IMG/VR virus record: IMGVR_UViG_3300021399_000122
Location: 32,001 to 96,000 of that record
Source: a virus
Lineage: Duplodnaviria > Caudoviricetes
DNA: 64,000 bases
Reading direction: 5' to 3' (one strand)
Part shown: one piece after another, positions 46,069 through 55,946 of the stretch
Layout of the letters: each line of letters begins with the position of its first letter
Numbering within the stretch: position 1 is the first letter of the stretch
Position numbers and translations under genes: made by a program
The notes under the pieces: model-generated
The model's input: the letters and a program-made list of their open reading frames with translations, nothing else
The model's database searches: none
Told to the model about the DNA's origin: nothing

Positions 46069-46764
46069 TCAGATTGAATCTGCCCACTCGCTGATCCAGC
46101 TCCGATGGTTTTTGGTCAGAGTGCAGACCGCCGCTCGCTCCTGACCTCTGAAGTGCTCAATATACTTGGTAAACCCGCTTAGTTCCGGGCTATCCAGATC
46201 GCACTGGAACTCATGCCCAATCACAATAACTTTCACGTTTTTACCAATTCTAGTGAGCGTTTTTTGCAGTTGTGCCACCGTATAATTCTGGGCTTCGTCA
46301 ATGATCACGACGGCGTCATCAAGGTTAGAACCTCTCAGATACGTATCGGTAATACATGTGATGTATCCACCCTGCGACTTCTCAGCTAAAGACGTGTCTT
46401 TAATTGCCGTGTTGAGGTTGACGTGGCACCTCTCCAAGGCCTGATAGAACGCTTCGAAGTATACGGAACTTTTCTCAGTGATGGTGCCGGGTAACCACCC
46501 CTGCCTTTTCTCTCCGTATGGAGCCATGATGTAGATGATGTCGTTATACATCCCGCACTTTACGAGAAGATTTGCCACGCCGGTAGCGATCGTGGTTTTG
46601 CCAGTACCCGTTTTGGCGTTGACAAACACGATATCAATGTCGGGGTTAAGCAACGTATCCGCAAATAATATCTGTTCCTCGTCCAGTACCAGGCCGTAAA
46701 ACGGCTCATCTCTGAATGACTCTGGCAGAACTGCACCGCTAGATGCTTTCTTTTTTGAGGGCAT
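46069..46764 (-). CDS. phoH: PhoH family ATPase
   Basis: GTGKT, GWLPG, YLRG, IIDEAQN, LTRIG, QCD. Confidence 0.9.
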   Translation of the reverse strand: MPSKKKASSGAVLPESFRDEPFYGLVLDEEQILFADTLLNPDIDIVFVNAKTGTGKTTIATGVANLLVKCGMYNDIIYIMAPYGEKRQGWLPGTITEKSSVYFEAFYQALERCHVNLNTAIKDTSLAEKSQGGYITCITDTYLRGSNLDDAVVIIDEAQNYTVAQLQKTLTRIGKNVKVIVIGHEFQCDLDSPELSGFTKYIEHFRGQERAAVCTLTKNHRSWISEWADSI

Positions 46765-46769
46765 CTTGT

Positions 46770-47426
46770 CTAGATCACCTCATCCAGATCGCAGTCCTCT
46801 CCAAGGATGCAATCGATGAATCCTCTCTCCTTCGCCTCGTCAGCGAACATGTACCATTCAACCCGTGCGTTTTTTGCGTACTCTTTAGCGGTCACCTTAG
46901 TGCGTGAGATCACATATTCTTTGTTTCTCTGGTCAACGCGTTTTGCGAATTCCATCTGATCCTGCACCTTGGTGCTGCTGCCATATGTGAAGTTCGATCC
47001 GTCGTGGAGAAGGATTTTTGAGTTCTTAGACCCGATTCGTTTGTGGCCTGCAAGGCCGATTAGAAGCCCCATCGAATACCAGTAGCCGAGGTTAATCGTA
47101 TAAACCGGTGTCTTGCTTGCCAGAATGACATCAATCAGCTCTGTTCCAGCGTCCACCACCCCGCCCTCCGAGGTGATGTACAGCAGAATGGGCTTGCGCT
47201 CTTCAATCGGAATACCCTTATCATCAGCGTTATACTGAAGGATTTTGCGTACCGCATCGAGCACGCTCCAGACCTCGATTTCCCCTGTAAGGTAAAGTTT
47301 CCTGTCTTCAATGTCTTTGTAAAGGTAAAGGTCGTCGAGGTTGAACTGCCCGATCAGTGCTTCTTTGATGTCTTCGTCATCGAAGTCCACTTCGATCCCA
47401 TGGAATTTTTTACTTCTCAATTTCAC
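46770..47426 (-). CDS. clpP: ClpP-like protease subunit
   Basis: LYITSEGG, SMG (Ser), LLHD (His), EAKERGFID. Confidence 0.8.
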   Translation of the reverse strand: MKLRSKKFHGIEVDFDDEDIKEALIGQFNLDDLYLYKDIEDRKLYLTGEIEVWSVLDAVRKILQYNADDKGIPIEERKPILLYITSEGGVVDAGTELIDVILASKTPVYTINLGYWYSMGLLIGLAGHKRIGSKNSKILLHDGSNFTYGSSTKVQDQMEFAKRVDQRNKEYVISRTKVTAKEYAKNARVEWYMFADEAKERGFIDCILGEDCDLDEVI

Positions 47427-47435
47427 TGCCTCCTG

Positions 47436-47966
47436 TTAATCCTTGATGATGTCCGTCAGCGCCCGAATAACTTCAGCCTTGAAACTCTCTAAGGTTCCGC
47501 TGTTATATAAGATGACGTCTGGTATCGTATCATCTAAGGCTGTTTCGGACGGGTGCGCTTTCTGTTCCTCGGTTAGCTCAGACGTGAAGCCCAGCCGAAC
47601 GACTCTTACATGAGTTCCGTTGAAGTATTTCTTCATCACATCAACTTCATTCGGGAACCTCGCGTCGGGGATCAGAACGTAATCCCACACGCCGTTGAAC
47701 AACACAAGCAAGGAGGAGATGAAGTCTACCCAATAGTCAGGGCGTTCCTTTCGTATGATGTCCGTGCCAACATACTGGAGAATGTGACGCCCGTTCTCAT
47801 CTTTGTTTCCATCCCAATCGAAGTAACTCCGGCAAATGAACTTGAGCAAATCGGCATAGTGCATGATTTGCACCCTGAATCCATGGCGTGTAAGCTCTTC
47901 TTTGATGAAGCCTGCCGTGGTATCCTTACCGCTCTGCGCATGACCGGAGATGACTACTACTTTCAT
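47436..47966 (-). CDS. Deoxynucleoside monophosphate kinase-like
   Basis: SGHAQSGKDT, YADLLK, LQYVGT, PDARFPNE, HPSE. Confidence 0.85.
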   Translation of the reverse strand: MKVVVISGHAQSGKDTTAGFIKEELTRHGFRVQIMHYADLLKFICRSYFDWDGNKDENGRHILQYVGTDIIRKERPDYWVDFISSLLVLFNGVWDYVLIPDARFPNEVDVMKKYFNGTHVRVVRLGFTSELTEEQKAHPSETALDDTIPDVILYNSGTLESFKAEVIRALTDIIKD

Positions 47967-48601
47967 CAGCCGACCTCGGCATGATCACATGTGATCAAAT
48001 ACCCGTATGGCAATGTGGCGATCCACTTGCAGAACTCTCTCCACTCTGGCAACCGGTGGTTTAACCTCTGCTTGTAAATCGTTTTGAGTTGGCGATAGTT
48101 CGTTGTCATCCCTGCCGTAAGCATGAATCCAGCAGGATTGCTGTACAGAATTTCGAGATATCGTCTTGTGAGCTCTTCGCGATCCGTCGTTTTGTTGTAG
48201 AGCGTAATCTTCTCACGCATAATTTCAACAATTCTCTGGTCAACGTATTCGTTATAAGACTGTTCAATGTCGAATTTTGCAATCCTGTGCATCGTGCTCT
48301 GCGAACTCACGAAGTCTAGGAAGTGGTAACGTTCAGCCTCAACCCAGACCTTGTTGCTAAAGGTCAGGTCGAACTGTACAATGACCCCGGTCAGCCATTG
48401 ATCCTCCCCGCTACCGCTTGGAGACTTAGCAAGTGCCTCAATGCCCTTGGTCAGGTCGCTGTTGACGTCTTCCAGCGCAACATTCATGGGGAACTTGGCA
48501 CGGCGGATGCTGTTATTAAGCCCATAAACCTTAGCGTTGGAAACACAGCTGCAACCGGGCACATCGTACTCGTCAATGTACTTCAGTTGTTTGTCAGTCA
48601 T
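47966..48601 (-). CDS. ThyX-like flavin-dependent thymidylate synthase family protein
   Basis: ERYH...SSQSTMH and P.GF...TNYRQLKTIY.QR..HRLPEW..FC resemble ThyX motifs; divergent. Confidence 0.55.
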   Translation of the reverse strand: MTDKQLKYIDEYDVPGCSCVSNAKVYGLNNSIRRAKFPMNVALEDVNSDLTKGIEALAKSPSGSGEDQWLTGVIVQFDLTFSNKVWVEAERYHFLDFVSSQSTMHRIAKFDIEQSYNEYVDQRIVEIMREKITLYNKTTDREELTRRYLEILYSNPAGFMLTAGMTTNYRQLKTIYKQRLNHRLPEWREFCKWIATLPYGYLITCDHAEVG

Positions 48602-48684
48602 TTGCCTCCTTTTAGTAGTTTTTAGAGTTTTAAGAGGTCTTTAAGGTGTTGCTTTCGTAACTTTTGCCTAAACCCCGTTTTTAG

Positions 48685-48805
48685 TAATCACACGGTAAGG
48701 ATTTGCACCTTACATGAAAGAGTTTATTGACATCGAGTGCGACAATCATGTATGCATCCATGCTCTTTCATCACTCCCAGCGTCTACCTATTCCGCCACG
48801 TGTAA
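48685..48805 (-). ncRNA. tRNA-like RNA with a large insert replacing the anticodon arm
   Basis: Acceptor TTACACG/CGTGTGA, D arm GCG-GAATAGGTAGA-CGC, T arm GTAAGG-TGCAAAT-CCTTAC; no canonical anticodon arm or CCA. Confidence 0.65.
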
Positions 48806-48930
48806 TTTACTCTCGTTTCAACCTCTTAAGCCCTATAACTTAGACTGCCTTTCGCAGCCTTGTTATTCAGCAGGATTTCTCTTTCTGAATATTTATATTA
48901 TAGAGCATAAGGATTGATTTGTGTAGTAAT

Positions 48931-51900
48931 TTAGTCCAATATTTCATACTTTTCTAATGTGAAATATTTCCCATCTTGCGAGTATGACCGACAGTAGATC
49001 ACATCGTTCTGTTTTATCGGTTTTTCCTTAAAAACCCTGTCCCAAACAGTGAATCTGCTTTCCTTGCCGCTGCCAATTGACTTAGTAAACACAGATCGGC
49101 CGATGATTTTCTGGTCTTTTTTTCTTCTCACAGGCTTAATATCAAGAACGTACAGCTTCCGGCGGTCTTCCTCTTTGCCAGTGACGTATCCGGCATAGCC
49201 CATCGCCTCAACGAACTTCTTAACCTTCAATGTGTCAGACAGATCAGGCATTTTTTGTGACAATATGATGTCTTCACATTCGCACATTGCCGACATAACA
49301 TCGAGAATCGTATAGCTCTTCGCAATACCTCCAGATTTCGTGACGCCGACCGAGTATTTGCGAATAACTTTTTCGTACAACGTGTCATCGACCGTTTCTC
49401 GTTTGATCTGTTTAACCTCGCCCTGTTTAAACATCTCACGATGAAGTGACGCTATGTACATCAGCTCTCTCTGATTGCCAAAATCAGCGAAGAAGTCAAT
49501 ACTGATCAATATATCGACCTGCCTTGCGTTGATTTGTGTCTCGTGCTCGATGTCATACAGCACTTCCATGAAGTGTGTGTATTTCTTCCCGCTATGAGCA
49601 AGGTTATATAGCGAACTTGCAACCTTCTTATTCATGAATTTGATTGCACTCACACCCTTGGCAATAATATGGCGTTCTGGGTCGCAGAGGTAGTCGTCTT
49701 TGGAAATGCCCCATCTTGGCATCGTGACCTGGATACCGACCTTCTTGGCATAATTTATAATCTGTCCGGTCTTTTCAAGGTCGTCGCCAAATGTGTTCAA
49801 AGCTGCTGTGAGGAATTCTAACGGGTGGTAGTACCTCAGATACCCGCAAATATATCCAATTGCCGAGTACGCATCGGAGTGATTCCATGAAAATCCATAT
49901 GCGGATGCGTCCAAGATAATCTGAATGAACGGTTTAATTACCGCTTCACATTGTTCCTCTGACATTTGGTACTCGCGTGTGCAGAATTCAACGAATCTCC
50001 GTTCAATCTCTGGTAACAGCGTCTCAGTTCCCTTTTTCTTTGCAATGGCTCGTCTTACCGTGTCTGATTCGGCGGCTGTATATCCGCAGAATTTCACAAG
50101 GAACTGCATGATTGTCTCCTGCATGGCAATTCGTCCGGCTTCTGGTGCCAAGAATTCATTCAATGCATCGAATCCGTTGTCATAGAATACCCCATTTGCC
50201 ACGCTATCACGGAAACTGGCACACGCAGGTCTCAAAAGCCCGTTGCCAAACGACATCCACTTCAGCATTGAGAAGTTCGGGATCTTTGACTTTGCTACTG
50301 CAAGCGTTTTATCCGACATAAACTTGCGTATGTACTGCTGAGCGCTGTTTGATTCCCATTGGAAGATCAAAGTCGTGTCATCTCGAATACTTTTCCACAC
50401 CTTTTCGTCCTCGAGGTCGACAGTGTCTGGCGTAAGTGGGTCTATCCCCAACAATTCGCAAGCCCCAGTGATAACTGAGAGATTATCGAGCCCTAAGATG
50501 TCCAATTTCACGAAGAACAAGGAGTCTAATTCCTTCATATTTAGCATTGAAACTGGGTAGTCTGTACTTGACAGTGAACACAGCCCGATTTCTTCGTTAA
50601 TTGCCATATCGCTAACCAAAACGCCACTTGGATGCGTTCCGACGGACACGATTGTGCCGTTTACAATGTCAACGAACCTGAATACCTCTTTATACTTCTT
50701 TCTTGCGAGCTCAATATCACTCTCCGCAACCTGAATAATTTCCTCAGCCTTTTTTATATAGCCAGATGGGTCGTCTTTGGTCGCGAGTAAGGCTCTGCAA
50801 ACGTCTCTTATCGCGCCTTTAAGAGCAATTGTATTAAATGTAATAATCTCTGCGGTTCTGATTTGATCGAGTCCCATCTTATCTTTAAGAAGGAACTCCT
50901 TGACACGGTCGCGGTCAACACCACCATAGTCTGTATCAATATCAGCCAATGAAACACGGTCTGGATTTGAGAATCTGAAGAAATTTAGATGGAATTTCAA
51001 GCTATCCATCTGCGTAATGCCGAGCAGATAGGCCACCATACTGCCAGATACGGAACCTCGGCCCGGGCCACAGTGAATACCATGTTTTCTTTCCCATTCA
51101 CGCAGATATGTCTGCATGAGCATGAAGTCTACTGACTTTGTCTTTTCAAATACAGCAATCTCCTGATTAACCGCCGCCTCAATTTCCTCCCGACTGTGGT
51201 TTTTAAGTGCGAATGGATGATGGTCAATCGCATATTCAATCTTTTCTCTGAAAACCTTTGATGGATTCTCATAAATATGAGGGTACTTCGGCGACCGATC
51301 GACATCGAACGGCTCCACCATGTCTGCCAGAACATTGGTGTTTTCAATTGCCTCCATATATATATGCTCGGGGACTGACCCTTGCTTACGATAGGCATCG
51401 ATGAGCTCGTCGTATGTCTTAAACCTGAGATCCCAATTATCTTCACCGTCAAAATGGATATTTTTGCTCGCTTGCAGAACCCGTCTGCCTTCAACATGGG
51501 CACCATTCAGTGCGTGTGTATCAGTCCCGGCGATCAATCGGATTCCGGTCTGATTGCTCATCTCAATCAGTTCATTGTTGTAGTTCTTTTGTTTCTCATC
51601 AATATGATGACCGATCTCCAGAAAAGCCCGATGCTTATTTCTTGCCAAGAACTCAAGGAATTCGTCTTTAATCCCCCGTTCCGCCTTACCGAAAACCCCG
51701 CCGACACATGCCGATGTAATGATGATGTTGTCAGACGCATTGAACAATTCCTCAAAAGAGATTCGGGGCACGTAATAGAAATGATTGTCATTCCTGTTAA
51801 AGCTCTTGGAAATCATCCTGTTTAATTCGAGAAACCCCTCATGGTTACGAGCGATCAAGACGCAGTGGTAATTATCACGAATCTTTTCTGTAAGATCGTA

Positions 51901-52128
51901 AGTTAAATACGCCTCGACTGCGTGCACATACTTCATGCCAGCGGTCTCAATCGCTTCTTTTTTGTGCAGCCATTCCATGACGGAACCATGTTCGGAGAAC
52001 CCAAACGTCGTCATTCCGCATTCCTGTGCCGCCTTCACATAATCCCCAAATTTAGTAACGCTATCTATGTTTGTGACCGCATTGCTAAGGTCGGAGTGAA
52101 TGTGGTAACAGAAATAATTCCCTGTCAT
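48931..52128 (-). CDS. dnaE: DNA polymerase III alpha subunit
   Basis: PHP domain (HIHSD, SEH, DTH); GPGRGS..GS..AY.LGIT; DIDTD; HPSG; KLDILGL; YGFSWNH. Confidence 0.95.
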   Translation of the reverse strand: MTGNYFCYHIHSDLSNAVTNIDSVTKFGDYVKAAQECGMTTFGFSEHGSVMEWLHKKEAIETAGMKYVHAVEAYLTYDLTEKIRDNYHCVLIARNHEGFLELNRMISKSFNRNDNHFYYVPRISFEELFNASDNIIITSACVGGVFGKAERGIKDEFLEFLARNKHRAFLEIGHHIDEKQKNYNNELIEMSNQTGIRLIAGTDTHALNGAHVEGRRVLQASKNIHFDGEDNWDLRFKTYDELIDAYRKQGSVPEHIYMEAIENTNVLADMVEPFDVDRSPKYPHIYENPSKVFREKIEYAIDHHPFALKNHSREEIEAAVNQEIAVFEKTKSVDFMLMQTYLREWERKHGIHCGPGRGSVSGSMVAYLLGITQMDSLKFHLNFFRFSNPDRVSLADIDTDYGGVDRDRVKEFLLKDKMGLDQIRTAEIITFNTIALKGAIRDVCRALLATKDDPSGYIKKAEEIIQVAESDIELARKKYKEVFRFVDIVNGTIVSVGTHPSGVLVSDMAINEEIGLCSLSSTDYPVSMLNMKELDSLFFVKLDILGLDNLSVITGACELLGIDPLTPDTVDLEDEKVWKSIRDDTTLIFQWESNSAQQYIRKFMSDKTLAVAKSKIPNFSMLKWMSFGNGLLRPACASFRDSVANGVFYDNGFDALNEFLAPEAGRIAMQETIMQFLVKFCGYTAAESDTVRRAIAKKKGTETLLPEIERRFVEFCTREYQMSEEQCEAVIKPFIQIILDASAYGFSWNHSDAYSAIGYICGYLRYYHPLEFLTAALNTFGDDLEKTGQIINYAKKVGIQVTMPRWGISKDDYLCDPERHIIAKGVSAIKFMNKKVASSLYNLAHSGKKYTHFMEVLYDIEHETQINARQVDILISIDFFADFGNQRELMYIASLHREMFKQGEVKQIKRETVDDTLYEKVIRKYSVGVTKSGGIAKSYTILDVMSAMCECEDIILSQKMPDLSDTLKVKKFVEAMGYAGYVTGKEEDRRKLYVLDIKPVRRKKDQKIIGRSVFTKSIGSGKESRFTVWDRVFKEKPIKQNDVIYCRSYSQDGKYFTLEKYEILD

Positions 52129-52490
52129 TCTTCCTGTTTGTCGAGCTTTCTTACCTCGCTGATATGCCCCCAGACATAGTCCGCAAAAATATCAAAGTTT
52201 AACTTCAGCTGATCATAAACATCGATCTTAACGGCCTCTTTCTCATAGTCACCGACCCACGGGCCTATGACAATTTCCCACTCGCACTTCGACCAATAAT
52301 AGTACATCAGCAGACTTTTCATTCCCTTTGTAAATTCCTCTTTGCTAATATAATGCGTCTTACCATCGTCGCCTTTTTTGCGCTGTCTTGCAAGCTTCGC
52401 GAGGTCGGCGCAAAAACGCCCGTGGTCAAAGACATTAAAGGTCGTTATTTTTCTTCTGTTGAAGTCGTGGTAGTACACGTTCCACTGCAT
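52125..52490 (-). CDS. Conserved hypothetical phage protein
   Basis: W.VY..DFN...YYYWSKCEWEI...KIDVYDQ. Confidence 0.75.
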   Translation of the reverse strand: MQWNVYYHDFNRRKITTFNVFDHGRFCADLAKLARQRKKGDDGKTHYISKEEFTKGMKSLLMYYYWSKCEWEIVIGPWVGDYEKEAVKIDVYDQLKLNFDIFADYVWGHISEVRKLDKQEE

Positions 52491-52792
52491 TTTGACTCCT
52501 CCTGCTCAAACAATTTCTGGAGATTCCCACCCGGAGTAAGGTCGGCTCCTTCGTCAACGAACTCGTCAAGCGCAACATGCGCCGGCGGAACTGGCCAATT
52601 AAACGGGCTCCATCTGATTTCAGCGTCTAGAAACTTTGTGTAATTTAAGTCAGGTCTAACGAAATTTGGTATATCTTCCCATCTCATATCAATCTCCTTA
52701 CAATCAAATTCGGCGACGGCGTCGCCGGTCGCCCTATCTACAATGCGCATCGACGACGGCCCTCTTAATGTGTATGGTATGTCATCTCTCAT
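52445..52792 (-). CDS. Hypothetical protein
   Basis: SD AGGAG; fills the gap in the operon. Confidence 0.55.
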   Translation of the reverse strand: MRDDIPYTLRGPSSMRIVDRATGDAVAEFDCKEIDMRWEDIPNFVRPDLNYTKFLDAEIRWSPFNWPVPPAHVALDEFVDEGADLTPGGNLQKLFEQEESKCSGTCTTTTSTEEK

Positions 52793-52803
52793 CGCTATCG
52801 CTC

Positions 52804-53787
52804 CTATCTAATCCTCCGTTTCCTGCCGTATAACTCCATGAACACGTCCTTCCCCTTATCCACAGGTGCGTCCTTTTCATCAAGCAAACCCTTATCGTCA
52901 TACAAGTAACTGACATTCACGTATTGTTTAAGTTTGAAAAGCCGTTCTATTGTCCATGGCTGCACATCTTTATCCAGGGCGAACACCACATTCACGCCCA
53001 GCTTAGCGAGGATGCGCATCTGGTATTCAGATAAGTGCGATGTCAGAATTGCTCCGGTATTATGAATGCCCCACGTGTCGGCGATCAGAACACTTTTGCA
53101 ACCTTCAAACAGTATGACTTCACGCTTTTCTCTTATGGATTCCATATTCTCGCAGATGCCATAGACAATGTTGATCTGACCCCAAGGGTAGAAGTACGTA
53201 TATTTACGCAGTCCTTTCTCCTTAAAGTCTGGGTCAAGCGTCCGCCCACCAATATTCACTATCTTCCCGGCAATATTTCTGATCGGATAGACCAGTCTGT
53301 TGCTGAAAGGATCGTAGCAGACCTGAAATTTCTTCAAAGACTCTTTAGAAATCCCCTCTGCCTCCCAAACGGCAAGCTTGTCGGCCGGTCTTTCGTACTT
53401 TTCCATGACATCATCTGGTAAAACAACGCCAGCGAGTGCCTTCTGCTCGTGTTTTTTCTCAGCAAACCGCTTACATGTGAGCGTGGCTGACAGTTTTGGC
53501 TCCCCGATGACCACATCGCCATCAAACCCTGCATATTTTTTGAGAATTTCGACTGCCTCTTTGCTTCCACAGTGGAAATACTTCTTAACAAAGTGAAAAA
53601 CGTTGCCACCCTGCCCGGAAGAGAAGTCATACCACTGATTGATTTCCCGCCTTACTGAGAATGAAGGGGTCTTCTCCTCCGTAAAGGGAGACAGACCCCA
53701 AAATTCATCATTTTTTGGGAAAAGTTCCGTGTACTGACCGATGAAATCAACAATGTCTATCTGTTTGATCAAATCTACAAGTTCCAC
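52804..53787 (-). CDS. dnaG: DNA primase (DnaG-type)
   Basis: PF..EKTPSF, RLVYPI, GGR, KY, TOPRIM FEG...LDKD...KD. Confidence 0.88.
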   Translation of the reverse strand: MELVDLIKQIDIVDFIGQYTELFPKNDEFWGLSPFTEEKTPSFSVRREINQWYDFSSGQGGNVFHFVKKYFHCGSKEAVEILKKYAGFDGDVVIGEPKLSATLTCKRFAEKKHEQKALAGVVLPDDVMEKYERPADKLAVWEAEGISKESLKKFQVCYDPFSNRLVYPIRNIAGKIVNIGGRTLDPDFKEKGLRKYTYFYPWGQINIVYGICENMESIREKREVILFEGCKSVLIADTWGIHNTGAILTSHLSEYQMRILAKLGVNVVFALDKDVQPWTIERLFKLKQYVNVSYLYDDKGLLDEKDAPVDKGKDVFMELYGRKRRIR

Positions 53788-53806
53788 GTTACCTTTTCAC
53801 TCCTTT

Positions 53807-55138
53807 TTAGTATGGCGTTTCGGGAATATGCTGTTTAGCTTCTGTCAACATGCATGTATTTCCCTCAAATTCGATGTCAATCCACTCTCCAGAGACATGC
53901 TGCATGCCATTTCTGTTATGAGATACGATCAGCTTCTTGTTTCCACAATCCGGGCCGTACGTTTCAAGCTCCTCCTCGCTCTTATCGGTTAAGAGAAGGA
54001 TCGAACTTGCGTTTCGGTAGATTTTTGCACTGTCCGCAAGCTTTCCATAGCTGTTCAACTGGGCTGCAGCCAATGCCGCGATTCCCATGGCACCGGCAAT
54101 GTCGTTCTTAACCATATCGGTGAGCTTTCCGAGCTCAGCATAGGTCGCGAAGGCATCAGAATCACCACTCGACTTCAGATAGTCGACGATCAGGATGTCA
54201 AGCCCGTCAAACTTGTGATAAGTTTTCTGAACGGCGGTATAAATCGCCTCCTGACTGAACAACGGCATATAAATATGCTTGAATTTACAGGTCTTGACCC
54301 ACGCTATCGCCTCTTTAATTCTCTGGCCTTCTTCTTCGTCGTATCTGCCACTGCGAACTCGCCTGAATTCGATCCCTGTGAGATGAGAAACCAATCTGCA
54401 CAGGAACAATCTGCTGGAAAGCTCGCTGTCTATGTACATTACGGATTTTCCACGCTTCAGGAGGTCTACTGCCTCGTTAAGCATGAACATTGACTTGGCA
54501 CCTTTCGCTGGTGCGCCAAGCACGACGAGTTCGCCAGGTTCGATAGTTAAAAAATCGTTCAAAGTAGGAAACTTGAATGGCGTGCCGGCGAATTTGCCGT
54601 CTTGATGCGCCTCGACCTCAGCCCAGAGCTCATCAACAACATCACCGAAGACGGGGTCGTCATCGATGACTGAATAAGACGACATTGTCTCGTCGATGAG
54701 TGTGTAGATTTTCTGCTGGACGCCCTCGACCGTCCGGTCGTAACATAAGCCCTGACATTCCTGTAATTTTCTGAACGTATCGCGTCTAAATGCGGCGTCG
54801 AGGACGTTTGAAACGAGCATTTTATATTCTTCAACGGTATTTCGTTTCAAAACATCACTCATTTCAAATAATTCCTGCAACTTTTCTACCGAAAGCGCAT
54901 CTGCCAGTTTTCTTGTGGCTTCGGAGGCGTTCAGATCCTCAATAATATTGTAGGGGTCTATGTTTTTGATTTCCCTTTTGACCAGATCGCTGATCGCCGT
55001 GTAAATCAGGCGGTTTTCCTTATTGGTAAAGTGGTTTGGGAGTAAGAACTCTGAGTAATAGATTAATTCCGGATTATGAATCAACGATGCAATTATCCCG
55101 GCCTCGCTCTCAATGCTATTTATATCGTCAGCTCTCAT
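53807..55138 (-). CDS. dnaB: Replicative helicase (DnaB-like)
   Basis: N-terminal E.GII.SLI...HF domain; P-loop GAPAKGAKS, YIDSEL, IVDYLK, AQLN, ADS.KI, NRNG. Confidence 0.88.
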   Translation of the reverse strand: MRADDINSIESEAGIIASLIHNPELIYYSEFLLPNHFTNKENRLIYTAISDLVKREIKNIDPYNIIEDLNASEATRKLADALSVEKLQELFEMSDVLKRNTVEEYKMLVSNVLDAAFRRDTFRKLQECQGLCYDRTVEGVQQKIYTLIDETMSSYSVIDDDPVFGDVVDELWAEVEAHQDGKFAGTPFKFPTLNDFLTIEPGELVVLGAPAKGAKSMFMLNEAVDLLKRGKSVMYIDSELSSRLFLCRLVSHLTGIEFRRVRSGRYDEEEGQRIKEAIAWVKTCKFKHIYMPLFSQEAIYTAVQKTYHKFDGLDILIVDYLKSSGDSDAFATYAELGKLTDMVKNDIAGAMGIAALAAAQLNSYGKLADSAKIYRNASSILLLTDKSEEELETYGPDCGNKKLIVSHNRNGMQHVSGEWIDIEFEGNTCMLTEAKQHIPETPY

Positions 55139-55931
55139 CTGAATTTCCCTTCCTGTCTACAAAGCAACATTCATCGCTATAATCACACAGATATCGGCAG
55201 AAGAAGTAATCAATGTTCGGATAGAAATCATTTGTCGCCTGAATCTTCTCGATAGTGTGTGTTGCCCACTCAATTGCTTCCTCGTAACGCTCCATCACGA
55301 ATGGTTCCTCGATGAACACCCCACTTTTGAAACAGTTGAAGCATAGCATGACCGGGAATTTCCCGTATTCTTCGCGGACGGCAGAAGCATACAGATATAA
55401 TTGGCGGAGCATTTCATCTAGTTCCTTATCCTTCAGGGTCGGTTTCTTGCGTTTACTCCGTGGTTTTAAGTCTCTTGACTTGTTGTCGACGATGTAATAT
55501 TCCCCATCTTTTTCCCCAAGGTAGTCAATAAACCCCACGAATCTATGCCCTGCGATCTCGAAGCGAACTTTCTTTTCCACGTCAACAACGTTGTATGGAA
55601 ATGGTTCGAACGATTTCAGGTATTCATAACCAGCCCTGATATACTTGTCCACGATTCCCCCGGGAGGGCGTTCGCCTTTGACGTTCTCGGAAAACTTCGA
55701 CAAGAATTCAGAAGCAAGCGCCCCTTTGGGGAGTTCGCCCTTGTAATACCGCTCCAGAAGCTTGTGAATGAACGAGCCATACGAGCTGTAAAACATAGGC
55801 TTTGAATTGATCCGCAGCGGATCGTCTATGTATTCAAGAAACCACTTATACCGGCAGGTATTGAAGCAGTCAATGCGACTATAGCTCCATGTCATTTTCT
55901 TAATCAGAGAATCATATTTCCCTTCTGACAT
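55128..55931 (-). CDS. PD-(D/E)XK nuclease (Cas4/AddB-like)
   Basis: SYSR...C.YKW, G...H..LE, GFID, IVDNKS, QL.LY, C-terminal C..C...C. Confidence 0.85.
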   Translation of the reverse strand: MSEGKYDSLIKKMTWSYSRIDCFNTCRYKWFLEYIDDPLRINSKPMFYSSYGSFIHKLLERYYKGELPKGALASEFLSKFSENVKGERPPGGIVDKYIRAGYEYLKSFEPFPYNVVDVEKKVRFEIAGHRFVGFIDYLGEKDGEYYIVDNKSRDLKPRSKRKKPTLKDKELDEMLRQLYLYASAVREEYGKFPVMLCFNCFKSGVFIEEPFVMERYEEAIEWATHTIEKIQATNDFYPNIDYFFCRYLCDYSDECCFVDRKGNSDES

Positions 55932-55946
55932 TTCGCTACCTCACGA

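Noticed and set aside
48714-48917. 67-aa plus-strand ORF
   Set aside because: Antisense to the operon and overlaps the tRNA-like element.
55128-55931. Cas4 as evidence of a CRISPR-Cas system
   Set aside because: Sits in an ERF-SSB-nuclease-helicase module with no other cas genes.
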